Positions 27,869-39,076 of a stretch of 64,000 nt of DNA are shown piece after piece. Source of the DNA: a virus (lineage: Duplodnaviria; Caudoviricetes). Position 1 is the first letter of the stretch; each line of letters opens with the position of its first letter. The notes under the pieces are model-generated. The model saw nothing but the letters and a program-made list of their open reading frames with translations, was not told the DNA's origin and did not search any database. Location of the stretch: positions 1 to 64,000 of the IMG/VR virus record IMGVR_UViG_2617271113_000004; one strand, given 5' to 3'. Both the position numbers and the translations under genes were made by a program.

Positions 27869-29137
27869 TTAAACTTTGGTGTAATGAAGTCGAACAGCAT
27901 GTAAACAAGGTGCAACTCCATTGTTTGGATCAATAAATAAATTGGTTTTAATCCATAACTTTTTATTTATATTATTAGACCATTCTTCTTCAGATAATGG
28001 AATTAATACATTATTTTGCTCTTTGAGAACTTCAAACTCAAGTACATTTCCTTCTAATTGTTTTAGATCACTTCTGTATGTTAAAGCTTTATCATTAATA
28101 ATAAAGTGTTCTACATCTTGTATGGAATACATGCCTACTTCGCTCATATCAATCGGTGTCAAAACAAAACCACCTTTGGATTCAAATGAAGTTAGCGACA
28201 CTCCTATTTCCTGTGCCCCTAGTACGAATACCTTTTTATCTCCAATTTGTAATGGTGTATTTTGTGTAAGTGTAATACGAATCTTTTGGACAAGCTTCTT
28301 TGGGAAATACCATTTCGTTTTAGGGGAAAGTTTAGGTGAAGTAGCTATTTCATTTTGCTTAAACCCTTCTATTTGTTCCCACGAATCATTATAGTGAACC
28401 TCTACATTAGAAATCTCGATGCCTCTCTCTGGATGAGGATGAATTTGTATTGTATTTATATTTAAGTTATTTACCAAATTTGTTGGAATTTCTACCTCAA
28501 TATAAGCTACTTCCTTATCAGGAGCATATAAGGCGTCGTAGGTCACCATTCTTCTCCAATATGAATGATTATTCCCATTGAAAGCATTATAAATATCGTT
28601 GTCTTCTACTTGCCCTTCATCGCTGTTCCTAGTTACAGTTACATTTAGAGAGTCTGGTACTACTACCTTATTATCCTTGTCAAAGACATGTGTCTTTGGG
28701 ATATGACTTGTAACTGGTATGCATGCGAATCGGTTATTTATATCTATTTCTCCTCTTGCATCTGATACGTTACTGTCCTGATCTTCAGATGGATAAGTCG
28801 TAGTCATCTCATTTATAAAACCAGTCTTAAAAAAATTCCCATTGTAATAGTTATTGCTATTATCTAATATCTTTAAACGTTCATTGATTTCACTAACTTT
28901 ATCTTCCAGCAATTCTATATAATTCTGCATGGCAACATTCTCGGATAATATAGTGATGTAAGATTCTTCTAAGAACTGATTATTTTGATAGGTACTTTTA
29001 TATAGCTCAACAAGATCTAGATACTTATCGTCTTCTGATTGATTATAATCGCTGGAAGAGGTTGGTCCTCTAAATCTTGCATTTCCTGGCTTACTTATAG
29101 GCATTCTCATAATCTGTACACTTCCTTTCTGCCTCAT
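27869..29137 (-). CDS. putative virion structural protein (coiled coil plus discoidin-like domain)
   Basis: NARFRGP.SS.DYN motif, AFNGNNHSYW. Confidence 0.7.
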   Translation of the reverse strand: MRQKGSVQIMRMPISKPGNARFRGPTSSSDYNQSEDDKYLDLVELYKSTYQNNQFLEESYITILSENVAMQNYIELLEDKVSEINERLKILDNSNNYYNGNFFKTGFINEMTTTYPSEDQDSNVSDARGEIDINNRFACIPVTSHIPKTHVFDKDNKVVVPDSLNVTVTRNSDEGQVEDNDIYNAFNGNNHSYWRRMVTYDALYAPDKEVAYIEVEIPTNLVNNLNINTIQIHPHPERGIEISNVEVHYNDSWEQIEGFKQNEIATSPKLSPKTKWYFPKKLVQKIRITLTQNTPLQIGDKKVFVLGAQEIGVSLTSFESKGGFVLTPIDMSEVGMYSIQDVEHFIINDKALTYRSDLKQLEGNVLEFEVLKEQNNVLIPLSEEEWSNNINKKLWIKTNLFIDPNNGVAPCLHAVRLHYTKV

Positions 29138-29978
29138 TGGTTTTATAATGAAGATTAGCCAACTTTTGATGTATTTTCTCTAGCCCAATGCTGTCATCAT
29201 TAATGGTAACTTCCGTGGCACTATATGATACATATAAAGTTCCAGTATCCTTACCAAGATTTAATTCTCTAATGTCAAATAATAAGTAATGCCCTTCAAT
29301 AGAATAAAATGATTCATCTATAATTTCATTATCTAATTTTACCACAATATTTGTGAATCCGCTTATATGCTCCGAACTGTTAAGCAAGTATTTAACCTTC
29401 TCTATAGTCGCCTGATATACCTTTTCTTCTGCTATTTCTCTTTTATTTACGTTTTCCGCTTTTCTCCCTTTAAACCACATGTTAATAGTTTTATCTAATA
29501 TAGAAGTATTCTTTGAGATATCATCATGAATTTGCCGAATATCATATAATTGTTCGTAATTACTATTTAATACTTTTTCTGATTCTCTCGTACCACGATA
29601 TCGTGCATTTCGTTTAACGTGATGTGGGAGCTTGTAAGTATTTGCTTTGCTCTTCTCGATTACAACTTCCTGATACGGATCTAAAATATCCTCTGCTTCT
29701 TTTTCCTCTTCAATTTTATCTTCTATTAGTGATAAATCAGAAAAAATTTCTATATCTTTAACATACTGATGATTTTCACCATCAGATGTGGTAGCAGAGT
29801 ACTTAATTGTATAGAAACCTGACAACAAAGGCTCAATTGTTAAACTAAGCCTTCCTTGTTGTTTTTCTAATAAGGCAACCTGATCAAAATTCCATTCAAA
29901 GGCATCTATATTTTCTAGATCTGTTATAGAGAGAGTTAATTCTTTTCCAATTAGACCTTTGTCTATACTTTGTATCAT
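29091..29978 (-). CDS. putative structural protein
   Basis: Shares RNARYRG..ES with the downstream gene. Confidence 0.65.
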   Translation of the reverse strand: MIQSIDKGLIGKELTLSITDLENIDAFEWNFDQVALLEKQQGRLSLTIEPLLSGFYTIKYSATTSDGENHQYVKDIEIFSDLSLIEDKIEEEKEAEDILDPYQEVVIEKSKANTYKLPHHVKRNARYRGTRESEKVLNSNYEQLYDIRQIHDDISKNTSILDKTINMWFKGRKAENVNKREIAEEKVYQATIEKVKYLLNSSEHISGFTNIVVKLDNEIIDESFYSIEGHYLLFDIRELNLGKDTGTLYVSYSATEVTINDDSIGLEKIHQKLANLHYKTNEAERKCTDYENAYK

Positions 29979-29988
29979 TTATCTCATC

Positions 29989-32121
29989 CTATCTTGCACG
30001 TAATTTTATTTCATGAATAGTAGGTGTCACACTTATATTACTATCTTCTCTTTTCAATTTAGCTTTAAGTAATAGCTCATTTGAGAGTGATTCATCAGAA
30101 ATACCCGCTTCATATTTAAATTGAAATAAACAGTCTTTTGGCAGATAATTTAATACAACTTGCCGCTCGTAAATAGTAAAGTGTTCTCTATTGTTAGGGG
30201 ATAAATTATAAAACAGTTGATGTGTATCCAAGTAAGTCATTGGATTCAGCTCTGCTCGTATTTTTGTTTGATTATGGAAGTTAAATTTACCTAAATAGGT
30301 TTCAGATGGTAAGTAATCATCCCGTAAATCTTTTCTTTCTTGCATGTCACCCCAATGATATAAAATAACTATTTCGTTCCAACCTCTTTTTAAATTCATT
30401 GTAATTTCATCATGAACCGTCTTTTGTCTGCTCTGGTTAACATAAACAGAATAGGTGCCTAAACGTTTGCGAATACCAGTAGGAAGAGTTTGCAACAAGG
30501 CTAAGCTCATAGGGGAAGTAACAGCTTCTTCCATATATACACATGTTGTAAAACGATAAAGATTATCAGACTTACCAGATTCATTTCCTTTAAGCCGTAA
30601 TGTATTACTAATTGGCAGGAAATCAATGTCTATATTCTCTGGATTTTGTTTTATTAAATTAGACCAGTGATAATTTAAAGGTATTTGGCCAGTAAAAGGT
30701 GAATATGTTTTTTCCCTTTTCCATTGATTAATTCCTCGGAATAACTGAGCATTCTGAATGGTTTCAAATGTTTCTTTGTCTTCTCTGGTTCCTGCATTTT
30801 CTAATATTTCTGAGATGATTGGATCGCCATTATCTTTAATTAATCGAAACACTTTCATCCCATTTATAACTTCTCTTGTTTCTTCTCCTTTTTTGATATG
30901 GGCCGTTCTTAAGTGTTTTGTATTAAATTCAATAAGTTGACTGTATTGAGGGTTATTTTCGTCCATTGAACTAATTGGGTGCCATGATAAATCATTTACT
31001 TGTTTGTTTGGATCATATGCTGCGATTTCATAATCAATAGAAGTACTTGGAGGTGCATCATGCTCTGCTTCTATACTAACCATACGAACAGGGCCTGAAA
31101 ATTGAATTGGTTTAGTAAAAAGCTCTCCTTCAGTTTCATATGCTTTTTGAAAGAACGAGATATCCTTTGCTCCAAAGTAGAATTGATATTGTCCGGCAGA
31201 CCGATCATCATGCTCTTTCTTCTCATATATAAACTTCACTCCTGTGGCATTTATTGGTGAGAATTCCCATACCTCTAAGTCAGTAACCTCTCTGTAGTTT
31301 TGCTTACCTGGAAGAGGGTGAAAAGAACTTCCGTTTGTGGTGTATTCTACTTTTGTATAAACGGGCTTTCCATGATGTGCTAGATAACGTATTTCATTTA
31401 TAGTTTTTTGTTTCTCAAATAAAACCGTTAATTCAGCTCGCATTCCCTTTTTATCTTCGCCATCAATTGAACCGGGAGTTTTCGTTTTGACAACTTCCCA
31501 CCAACTGGTATTTTTATTGTTATCAAACGCCCTGCTTAAGCTCTCTAAAGCAGCTGTCCTACTATTTGCCATTAAAGTATCAAATTGTGCTTTAGATGGA
31601 TCTACCTTTACTTTTGATGAAAGGTGATTCATATCTTTTAAGGATGCTTTTCTTTTCTTTAAGTCTAAACTTACAGAGCTGTTCGCCTGATCAATATGTT
31701 CAGCACTTTCAAAGCTAATAATTTCACCATCAAAGTACTTATGATCAGTGTTCGATTCTATCATTAGTAATCTGCTAATATCCCTATCAAGTAGTGAAAG
31801 ATCATATTTCAATTTTTCTCTTTCAGTTTGTACGTACTCGAAGTCTGCCATAGATTGCTTTGTTTGATTGATTGTTGTTTCATAGGCATCCGATAAATCG
31901 GTATAAATAGCATTTATATTTTCATTGTACGCTCGATGATTAGATGCTTCTTTTCTTCTAGCAAGAATTGGTCGGAAAGATGGGGCTCCTAGAGTATTAC
32001 TCCGGAGCCACCCACTTAGGTGATGTGTAATCGTTTGGAATGATGGATACCTTCCATGAAACATGTAGTGTTTAATTATCTTTTCGATTGCCCTATTCAT
32101 CTGTATTCTACCGATACCCAT
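29989..32121 (-). CDS. putative structural protein (discoidin-like domain)
   Basis: YNEN......DL motif, AFDNNKNTSWW. Confidence 0.7.
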   Translation of the reverse strand: MGIGRIQMNRAIEKIIKHYMFHGRYPSFQTITHHLSGWLRSNTLGAPSFRPILARRKEASNHRAYNENINAIYTDLSDAYETTINQTKQSMADFEYVQTEREKLKYDLSLLDRDISRLLMIESNTDHKYFDGEIISFESAEHIDQANSSVSLDLKKRKASLKDMNHLSSKVKVDPSKAQFDTLMANSRTAALESLSRAFDNNKNTSWWEVVKTKTPGSIDGEDKKGMRAELTVLFEKQKTINEIRYLAHHGKPVYTKVEYTTNGSSFHPLPGKQNYREVTDLEVWEFSPINATGVKFIYEKKEHDDRSAGQYQFYFGAKDISFFQKAYETEGELFTKPIQFSGPVRMVSIEAEHDAPPSTSIDYEIAAYDPNKQVNDLSWHPISSMDENNPQYSQLIEFNTKHLRTAHIKKGEETREVINGMKVFRLIKDNGDPIISEILENAGTREDKETFETIQNAQLFRGINQWKREKTYSPFTGQIPLNYHWSNLIKQNPENIDIDFLPISNTLRLKGNESGKSDNLYRFTTCVYMEEAVTSPMSLALLQTLPTGIRKRLGTYSVYVNQSRQKTVHDEITMNLKRGWNEIVILYHWGDMQERKDLRDDYLPSETYLGKFNFHNQTKIRAELNPMTYLDTHQLFYNLSPNNREHFTIYERQVVLNYLPKDCLFQFKYEAGISDESLSNELLLKAKLKREDSNISVTPTIHEIKLRAR

Positions 32122-35100
32122 TATACTTCTCCTTTATTATATAAGTCTGTGAAGTGTACAGTTAATTCTTGTGTTGTTATATTCCCAGCTTCATCATTGG
32201 CTTGTATCTGAATGACTTGTGAGCTATCAGGGATATAAGAAATGATAGAAATAATTTTGTCAGCTAAATCTTGTAATTCTTCATGAAAAGCTGCATTTGT
32301 TATATCTAAAGAAATCCCTTCTGTATCATTTATTAAGGTTATATAATCTGGCTCACTGTCAATTTCTTTCTCCCAAATAACACTTACATGAATTTTTCGT
32401 TGTAACATGTCATCTTTTAAACCTTGTGTTATGTTCTCAGTAATATTGGTATCAGTTACCATAATAATATGTTTTTGTGCATCATCTCTCAGTTGGTCAT
32501 ATAATGATGCGGCTCCATAAATTTCATCAGTAATTTGACGAAATGCTAAGTTCTCCCAACCTCCACCATTGATTACTAAATCTTGAATTGAAAAAGTATC
32601 AGCTGACGTCATATTACCTCTTTGCTGTTTTTCATTGAAAGCACTTCCTATAAATCCAATATGAACATCTAGCCCTCTATTTTGTAAATTACTTAAAAAG
32701 AGATCCATATTGTTTTTTACATTTGTGATGTTATCTTCCATGCTTCCAGAGGTATCTATAACAAATATCATATCTACTTTGTTACTAATCTCTTCCTCAT
32801 ATTCGACTGGATCTGGCACTTGAATTGGTAGACGATGATCGATGATCAATTCTTTTTCCCTATTGGTTGCTTCTTCGGTAAATTCGGTACTTAAACTTCG
32901 AATCACCCAGTTTCCTAAGGCTGTTTCATCTGACACGCTTCCTACCAATGGCAAGTTGTTATCGATTAGATCTTGGTAATAAAAAGGGTTCGGGACTTCA
33001 TTTAAATTAATTATAGGAGAAATGATGTCAAAGAATGGTGCATTCTCATGATCATCAATTGTGTTTGATACCGTACATAGTTGGTTCATAATATCTCGAG
33101 AAAACTCGACCACTATAGCTGCTTTGCTACTATCTAGAGAAGGAGCAAAACCATTTGGAAGTCCGTCTGATTGAAGCCAATCTACTATATGTTCAGCTTT
33201 TTTATAACCAATTAATTGAGAGCTATTCGTTGTGTAATTTGTCTCAATTACTATTTTGGTCGACCATTCTGTTCTTACCGTGTCATATCTATCTCTTATG
33301 AGTATTCCAATAGCGCTAACATATAATGACTCACTTGTTTCGTTAATAACGCCAATAGCAACTCCATGATGTTCTTGATACCAACCTATAATTGCTTCTA
33401 TATTTATGTCGCCTATTTTAAACAAATAGTTAGGTCGATCGAGTTCCACCTGTTTTATTTCAAATGTCTTCGTAACTTGGTTATAGTACTGAATAAAAAT
33501 TTTCCTGATTTCTATACACTCATGAATGTGTTCCTGATCAGGATCTATGATAGGATCATTTGGCTTTATATCCAGTAATGGATGATAATCCAAATCAATA
33601 GGACAACTATTTTCTTCCCATCCAGAATTAATACTAAAAGTTAGCCAATCATTGATGCGGTTGAGAGTAGGAGCAGAGATATAATCACCATTAGCGATAT
33701 CATTTATCCATTCTGTTGGCTTGTCATCTGGTGAGCCTATCATTAAATGACTATTAAATACTCCATCTGTTTGTTGTGTGATTTTAGAAGACCACTGTAC
33801 TTGCTGCTCATTGCTTTTATTTAAATAACGTATTCCAACTGAATGTAAAACAAAAGCCCGATTTCCATCGTGATAACCATTAGATATCATTACTGTAGGA
33901 CCTGACATTTCAGTATTCCATCCGACTGTTACTAAAGTTCCTTCTCCATTATCAAATTCATAAGGTAAAATATCTTTAGCCAACTCTATTTCCTGTACTT
34001 CATTATGATACTCATTGTAATAATGCACTATAACTGACAAGAGTTCATAACAAGAGATTGTCTCATCTTCTTCGCATTCCTCAATTGTTGCAGAAAACAT
34101 TTCTGTATCTCTTGATTTTTCATCTTCTGCTATGATTTGAAACGTAACAATATCTCCTATTGCTAATCCTAGCTCAATAATTCTTGAATAAGGAATAACC
34201 CAATTAAATATTCGCTGATTACTGGTGGCTACATTTGCCAAAGAATGAAAGCTTATATCCTCATTGCTTTCAATTGTTGCAATATCAATAAACGTACCAT
34301 TGATCCATAGTTCTATACCGGTAATAGGATTGGAACTAGATGCAACTCCGCTTATATAAATAGATTTATCTAAACAAATAGTATCTGGCTCATTTTCAAT
34401 TAATAAAGTGACTGGCTCATAGTCATCTTCAGGATCATATCCTCCTCCAGGAGGTATCCCTAGATCATTATCTTCATTCTCTTCGTTATCATCCTCTTCA
34501 TCTGGAATAATAGGAGGTTTGGGTTTCTGAGGAGGCAATGTTTCGTAATCTCCTTCAATATATTCTTTCTCATACACACCTGCTTCAATATCTTCTTCTG
34601 TTGGCTTTGTTTCAACTTGAAAGCGAAACCCTTGGACTGTTGAACTATTATAACTTGTCTTTATATCACTGGCAGTATAATTGATATTACTCATCGTTGT
34701 CATGTTATCTTCTTCATCAGTAGGTCGTTCAATTATAATTTTTAACCTAAGAGAGAATATTTGATTAGTTGTTTCTATATAACCTTCATGTCCTTCGACT
34801 GCTTCTTCTTCCAATCCTACTTGTTGTATTGTGTATAGTTTAGGTGGGTTGTTTTCTAGACTTTCATGTTCAATTGGTGTAATTGGATGCCACTGTTTCC
34901 CATCATCAATAGACACAAAGTACGTAATCCAATTATATTTAATTAGACTATTTTCTGATAATAGATCACCAATTGTTTCGTTAGCAGATACTGAAATTCG
35001 TTCAATTGGTTTATCAAAGTAATAAGGTTTTGTAACTAGTTCGCCCTTTTCTTCATATTCACAAGATAATATTTCTATATCACGAATGCCTATGCAATAT

Positions 35101-36527
35101 CTCCAACCTTCCAGTCTTTCAATTCCTGAATCGACTGTACTATCATCTGCAATAGACATAAGATCATTAGTTATTTTTTCAAGCTCATATCCCTTACTTT
35201 CTGATTTTTTCATCGGATAAAAAGCAGTTGTTTCTGTTTCACTCACATCAATTTGAATCCCAAGACTCTCTAAATTGATTAATGGTCCTTCAATTCTTGG
35301 AGCGTATTCAGCTTTATCTTTATGTTGGATTGTCTCAAAAACATAGTCATTACTATTACTGATATTCATTTTCTTTTCATAAAAGATATGTCCAATATCG
35401 GTGTAGTATTTATGCTTTTGTTCAAATAACACAGATATTACTTTTGCTTTTATTGGATCAAAACGAAAGGAGTAATCCGTATCTTGCTTTTTCTTATTCA
35501 GAACAGAAACAGGTGCCATTGTGTCATTAGATACTAAAATATTTTTTACTATTGCAGCTTGTGATCCATAATTAGGAGGTGTATACATTTGTAAATTAAT
35601 TTGATTAATAATCTCTTCTTCCTCTAATACAATTTGTAAATGCAAACGAAGTACTCCATCATCAGGATCTTCAGCAAATGTTAATCGTTTATTGCCACTT
35701 ACAACATACTCCCAACCAAGGTTCTGTGTTATTTTTCGTTTTTCATGATCTCGCAGGTTAATTCGTTCATATTCAAACCATGTATTTGCATCTCCATCTA
35801 AAGCGGCAGCATAGTTTCCATGATTATCGTTTTTTCCTACAAACTCATATCCACTTGTACCAGTAAGATAATCATCGGATACCATGGTAACTTCATTATT
35901 GTTCCCAGGAAACCCATTGGAATCAGATCCTAAGATAAAATCATTGTGCTTTTGATTTCCAGGAACAATTGTAATCTTTGCATTTTCAGCTACATTATTT
36001 GCATCGCCTTTCACTGGTAAAGACACACCAGTAGTAGAGATTTCTAATGGAATTCCTGAAATTCGGTCATAATCTATTTTAAATCCATTTAGAAAATCAT
36101 CTCTTCCAAAGCGGATCATACCGTTATTCCCATAACCTGCATACATTTCCAAATCTTTTAGTTTATCGTATACTTTTTCATATTCTTTATTAATGATATC
36201 TTGCTGCATTACGTTATGGTTGAAGTCTGAGTAGAGGCTTCTTCCTAAAATATCAACTTCTTGAAATAATGTCTCTAAATCGGCTTTTATTTCTTTCATC
36301 ATCTCGTTATAATCTTCACTCCAAGGAGGCCCATCTTCATAAGCGTATCTAGGAATAAGATTCGGAGACCCCATTTGTGTGAAAAAATCTTGAAAAGATT
36401 GAAATACCGTTTGAACCAATTGTGGTTCCGTATTTATTTGTCCTGAATTGAATTTTTCCATTGCTTTTTCAAATTGGTATCTTGATTGTAAATATAATAA
36501 TTTTGACTCGTTATTAACTTGATCCAT
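32121..36527 (-). CDS. large structural protein with C-terminal vWA domain
   Basis: SEDYNE...DL, ALDGDANTWF; MIDAS DMIFVIDTSGSM...HIIMVTD. Confidence 0.75.
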   Translation of the reverse strand: MDQVNNESKLLYLQSRYQFEKAMEKFNSGQINTEPQLVQTVFQSFQDFFTQMGSPNLIPRYAYEDGPPWSEDYNEMMKEIKADLETLFQEVDILGRSLYSDFNHNVMQQDIINKEYEKVYDKLKDLEMYAGYGNNGMIRFGRDDFLNGFKIDYDRISGIPLEISTTGVSLPVKGDANNVAENAKITIVPGNQKHNDFILGSDSNGFPGNNNEVTMVSDDYLTGTSGYEFVGKNDNHGNYAAALDGDANTWFEYERINLRDHEKRKITQNLGWEYVVSGNKRLTFAEDPDDGVLRLHLQIVLEEEEIINQINLQMYTPPNYGSQAAIVKNILVSNDTMAPVSVLNKKKQDTDYSFRFDPIKAKVISVLFEQKHKYYTDIGHIFYEKKMNISNSNDYVFETIQHKDKAEYAPRIEGPLINLESLGIQIDVSETETTAFYPMKKSESKGYELEKITNDLMSIADDSTVDSGIERLEGWRYCIGIRDIEILSCEYEEKGELVTKPYYFDKPIERISVSANETIGDLLSENSLIKYNWITYFVSIDDGKQWHPITPIEHESLENNPPKLYTIQQVGLEEEAVEGHEGYIETTNQIFSLRLKIIIERPTDEEDNMTTMSNINYTASDIKTSYNSSTVQGFRFQVETKPTEEDIEAGVYEKEYIEGDYETLPPQKPKPPIIPDEEDDNEENEDNDLGIPPGGGYDPEDDYEPVTLLIENEPDTICLDKSIYISGVASSSNPITGIELWINGTFIDIATIESNEDISFHSLANVATSNQRIFNWVIPYSRIIELGLAIGDIVTFQIIAEDEKSRDTEMFSATIEECEEDETISCYELLSVIVHYYNEYHNEVQEIELAKDILPYEFDNGEGTLVTVGWNTEMSGPTVMISNGYHDGNRAFVLHSVGIRYLNKSNEQQVQWSSKITQQTDGVFNSHLMIGSPDDKPTEWINDIANGDYISAPTLNRINDWLTFSINSGWEENSCPIDLDYHPLLDIKPNDPIIDPDQEHIHECIEIRKIFIQYYNQVTKTFEIKQVELDRPNYLFKIGDINIEAIIGWYQEHHGVAIGVINETSESLYVSAIGILIRDRYDTVRTEWSTKIVIETNYTTNSSQLIGYKKAEHIVDWLQSDGLPNGFAPSLDSSKAAIVVEFSRDIMNQLCTVSNTIDDHENAPFFDIISPIINLNEVPNPFYYQDLIDNNLPLVGSVSDETALGNWVIRSLSTEFTEEATNREKELIIDHRLPIQVPDPVEYEEEISNKVDMIFVIDTSGSMEDNITNVKNNMDLFLSNLQNRGLDVHIGFIGSAFNEKQQRGNMTSADTFSIQDLVINGGGWENLAFRQITDEIYGAASLYDQLRDDAQKHIIMVTDTNITENITQGLKDDMLQRKIHVSVIWEKEIDSEPDYITLINDTEGISLDITNAAFHEELQDLADKIISIISYIPDSSQVIQIQANDEAGNITTQELTVHFTDLYNKGEV

Positions 36528-36541
36528 ACTCTCCCTCTATT

Positions 36542-39034
36542 CTATCGATTCTGATCAAATGAACTGTGCTTTATCGTGTAGTTGAATAGTGCCGGGGTAA
36601 CACTTTCATATCCTGCATGATTTCTACGCAAAATCGCTTTCAGCCTTATACTTGTTGAAATATAGTAATAGTCAACAGTTATATTTTTTAACTGAGTTCC
36701 ATCACTTGGATGACCGAATATAATTTGATTATTGATATGAGCATATGCTTTACCGTTATTTTCATTTAATCTCTGACTATCATAGCTGTTGATTGTATAA
36801 TCAGTGATATTTTTATATTCTTCTCCTTGAACCCTGACTATTAACGGATAAGTAAAGCTATTGGCATTTAATACTTCTTTATTATCAGTGTACTTACCAG
36901 TATTGTTATTGTAGTTATATAGAAAGTCTCTATGCAAATAAGGTATATTTGTCAGTGTTATATCATTATGTTGATCAACCTTATCAAAGTATTCACCAGT
37001 CTCTCCTTTATCATTTAAAAACTGGGTTGGCGTTAACTCTGCATCTTTTAGAAAGTCTACTAGGTAAGCTGATTCATGTGGCTTATAATCTACAGTATAA
37101 ACACTCGTTGGAGAATAATAACCATTTTTAATTCCTACCTTCATGGAGCTATCGCATAGGATATACATGCTTTGATCCATTGGCACTCCATTACGTTTAA
37201 TTACAATTGTATCCTTTGAAATAAAAGGAAAACGGAAACTGAAATTAACTGTAGTGCCTTGCATTAACTCTGAACACGGTTCAATATTGTCATCTCCAAA
37301 TAATAATTCACCTTCTACATATGCATGGTTAGACGGCAGTATAGCTTTCCAATCAGCAGGGATAGGGTTTCTTTTATCTGTAACATAATATTCGATATCA
37401 GTTATTTTTGAACTATTTATAATTGGCTTGTCTGTCTTCGGATCAACTTCATCTGGTGCAACAGAAACATAATGGTGTTTCTCATCAGTTGATAAAGCAA
37501 GCTTACCGGTATTGCTTGATATAGGAAGCGGCTCACTTATATAAATAGATTGTCTATGATATTTCCTACCAAATACACTTATGTCATAGGCTCCATATAC
37601 ATAAGACACTTTATTAATCGGCTTCCATTTTTTGTCCAAATCAGGGCTTCTCTCGTCTGTTACTGAGCGTTTCTCGCCAGTTTTGTCTAATGCATATAAA
37701 GCTAGTAATAAAGGATTTTTATAATCTCCTATACGAACAATTTCTAATGCCTTTTTCGCTGCATCTAACAAATTATCCTGCCTAAATATTTCGGCCCATT
37801 CTTTTAGCTTATCCAGATATACATTCCAGCCACTTACCTCATTTTTTCTATCAAATGAAGCTATAGTCTCTCCTTCTTCTGCATAATCCTTAATTAAATC
37901 TTCATTTGATGCTAAACTATCCCATAGCTTCGTTTCATTAAGTTCGTCTTCATCAATCATATAGTTCTCTTTTGTATAATTTTCTTGCCTAACCAATATA
38001 CGAATCATTGATATTTCAACTGAAGGAAACTGAAAGACCATTCGATCCACTGATTTTTGACTTCTCTGGTGAAGTGTAGGATGATTAGGTGATATCAATT
38101 CATACATTTGGCCAGTCCTATTCTTATTTTCATAGCCATGTATGCTAACCACCTCTAATGGATAAGAAGCAAAGGGATCAAACCGAACTTCTGAAACAGT
38201 TGAAATACCATTCAGCATTATCTCAAGCTCACATAATGCACCATCTTTAGGGTAATCATGATAATCATGACTCCAAATATCTTCAATATCCTGCGTAATG
38301 ATATCTTCTACTAGTACTGACTCTGCCCAGAATGTATTGGCAGATCCGTCTATCGCATTGCCAATGGGATATTTCGTTTCTTCTGATTGCAATCCGATTC
38401 GATTTCTTATTTTTATATCCGCTAATTTTCTACCATAATTTGTTTTTAATTGATCTAATGATTGAATGCCTGCCAACTGAATTGAATTGCCGACATTCTC
38501 TGCATCATATATTGACGACCTTGTTTCTCCGAATCGATCTTTTCTAAAAACAGAAAGGAGGTCTTGCTTACTTTCTGTCCATTTTGGAGAATGAAACTCT
38601 TCATGAATGCTTTCAGTTACGTCTTTGTCCTGTGTTAACATTAGCTGATATTGCTTTACATTCGTTCGCATATCAGTGATCTTTTTCCTTATCTCTGATA
38701 AAGATGATTTTGTAAGTTGATGATGACTTCCTAGTAATCTCTCAATTTCATTGGAAGATTCAAATATGGTTGCTAAATCAAAAGCAATTGATTCTAGATT
38801 TGCATTATAATCTTTTGAATTCGTTCGATCTTGCTGTTGAATAGCCTCAAATGTAGGTGTTCCGTCTCTTTCATCCAACTCTTTAATTAAGCGTTCCATT
38901 TCCTTTTTAAATTCATCGTCAGAACGAATCAAACCGTTTGCTTGTTTTCTCTCTAGTAGTACTAATAATTGCCGTCTTTGTGACGTGGGCATTGTTATTA
39001 GAAAGTCATTTAAAAATTTACTCACTACGTTCAC
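36542..39034 (-). CDS. putative structural protein (discoidin-like domain)
   Basis: SKDYN......FDL, AIDGSANTFW. Confidence 0.7.
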   Translation of the reverse strand: MNVVSKFLNDFLITMPTSQRRQLLVLLERKQANGLIRSDDEFKKEMERLIKELDERDGTPTFEAIQQQDRTNSKDYNANLESIAFDLATIFESSNEIERLLGSHHQLTKSSLSEIRKKITDMRTNVKQYQLMLTQDKDVTESIHEEFHSPKWTESKQDLLSVFRKDRFGETRSSIYDAENVGNSIQLAGIQSLDQLKTNYGRKLADIKIRNRIGLQSEETKYPIGNAIDGSANTFWAESVLVEDIITQDIEDIWSHDYHDYPKDGALCELEIMLNGISTVSEVRFDPFASYPLEVVSIHGYENKNRTGQMYELISPNHPTLHQRSQKSVDRMVFQFPSVEISMIRILVRQENYTKENYMIDEDELNETKLWDSLASNEDLIKDYAEEGETIASFDRKNEVSGWNVYLDKLKEWAEIFRQDNLLDAAKKALEIVRIGDYKNPLLLALYALDKTGEKRSVTDERSPDLDKKWKPINKVSYVYGAYDISVFGRKYHRQSIYISEPLPISSNTGKLALSTDEKHHYVSVAPDEVDPKTDKPIINSSKITDIEYYVTDKRNPIPADWKAILPSNHAYVEGELLFGDDNIEPCSELMQGTTVNFSFRFPFISKDTIVIKRNGVPMDQSMYILCDSSMKVGIKNGYYSPTSVYTVDYKPHESAYLVDFLKDAELTPTQFLNDKGETGEYFDKVDQHNDITLTNIPYLHRDFLYNYNNNTGKYTDNKEVLNANSFTYPLIVRVQGEEYKNITDYTINSYDSQRLNENNGKAYAHINNQIIFGHPSDGTQLKNITVDYYYISTSIRLKAILRRNHAGYESVTPALFNYTIKHSSFDQNR

Positions 39035-39076
39035 CTCACGTTTCTTTATGTAAAGAGATAAGGCAGCTGAGCTGCC

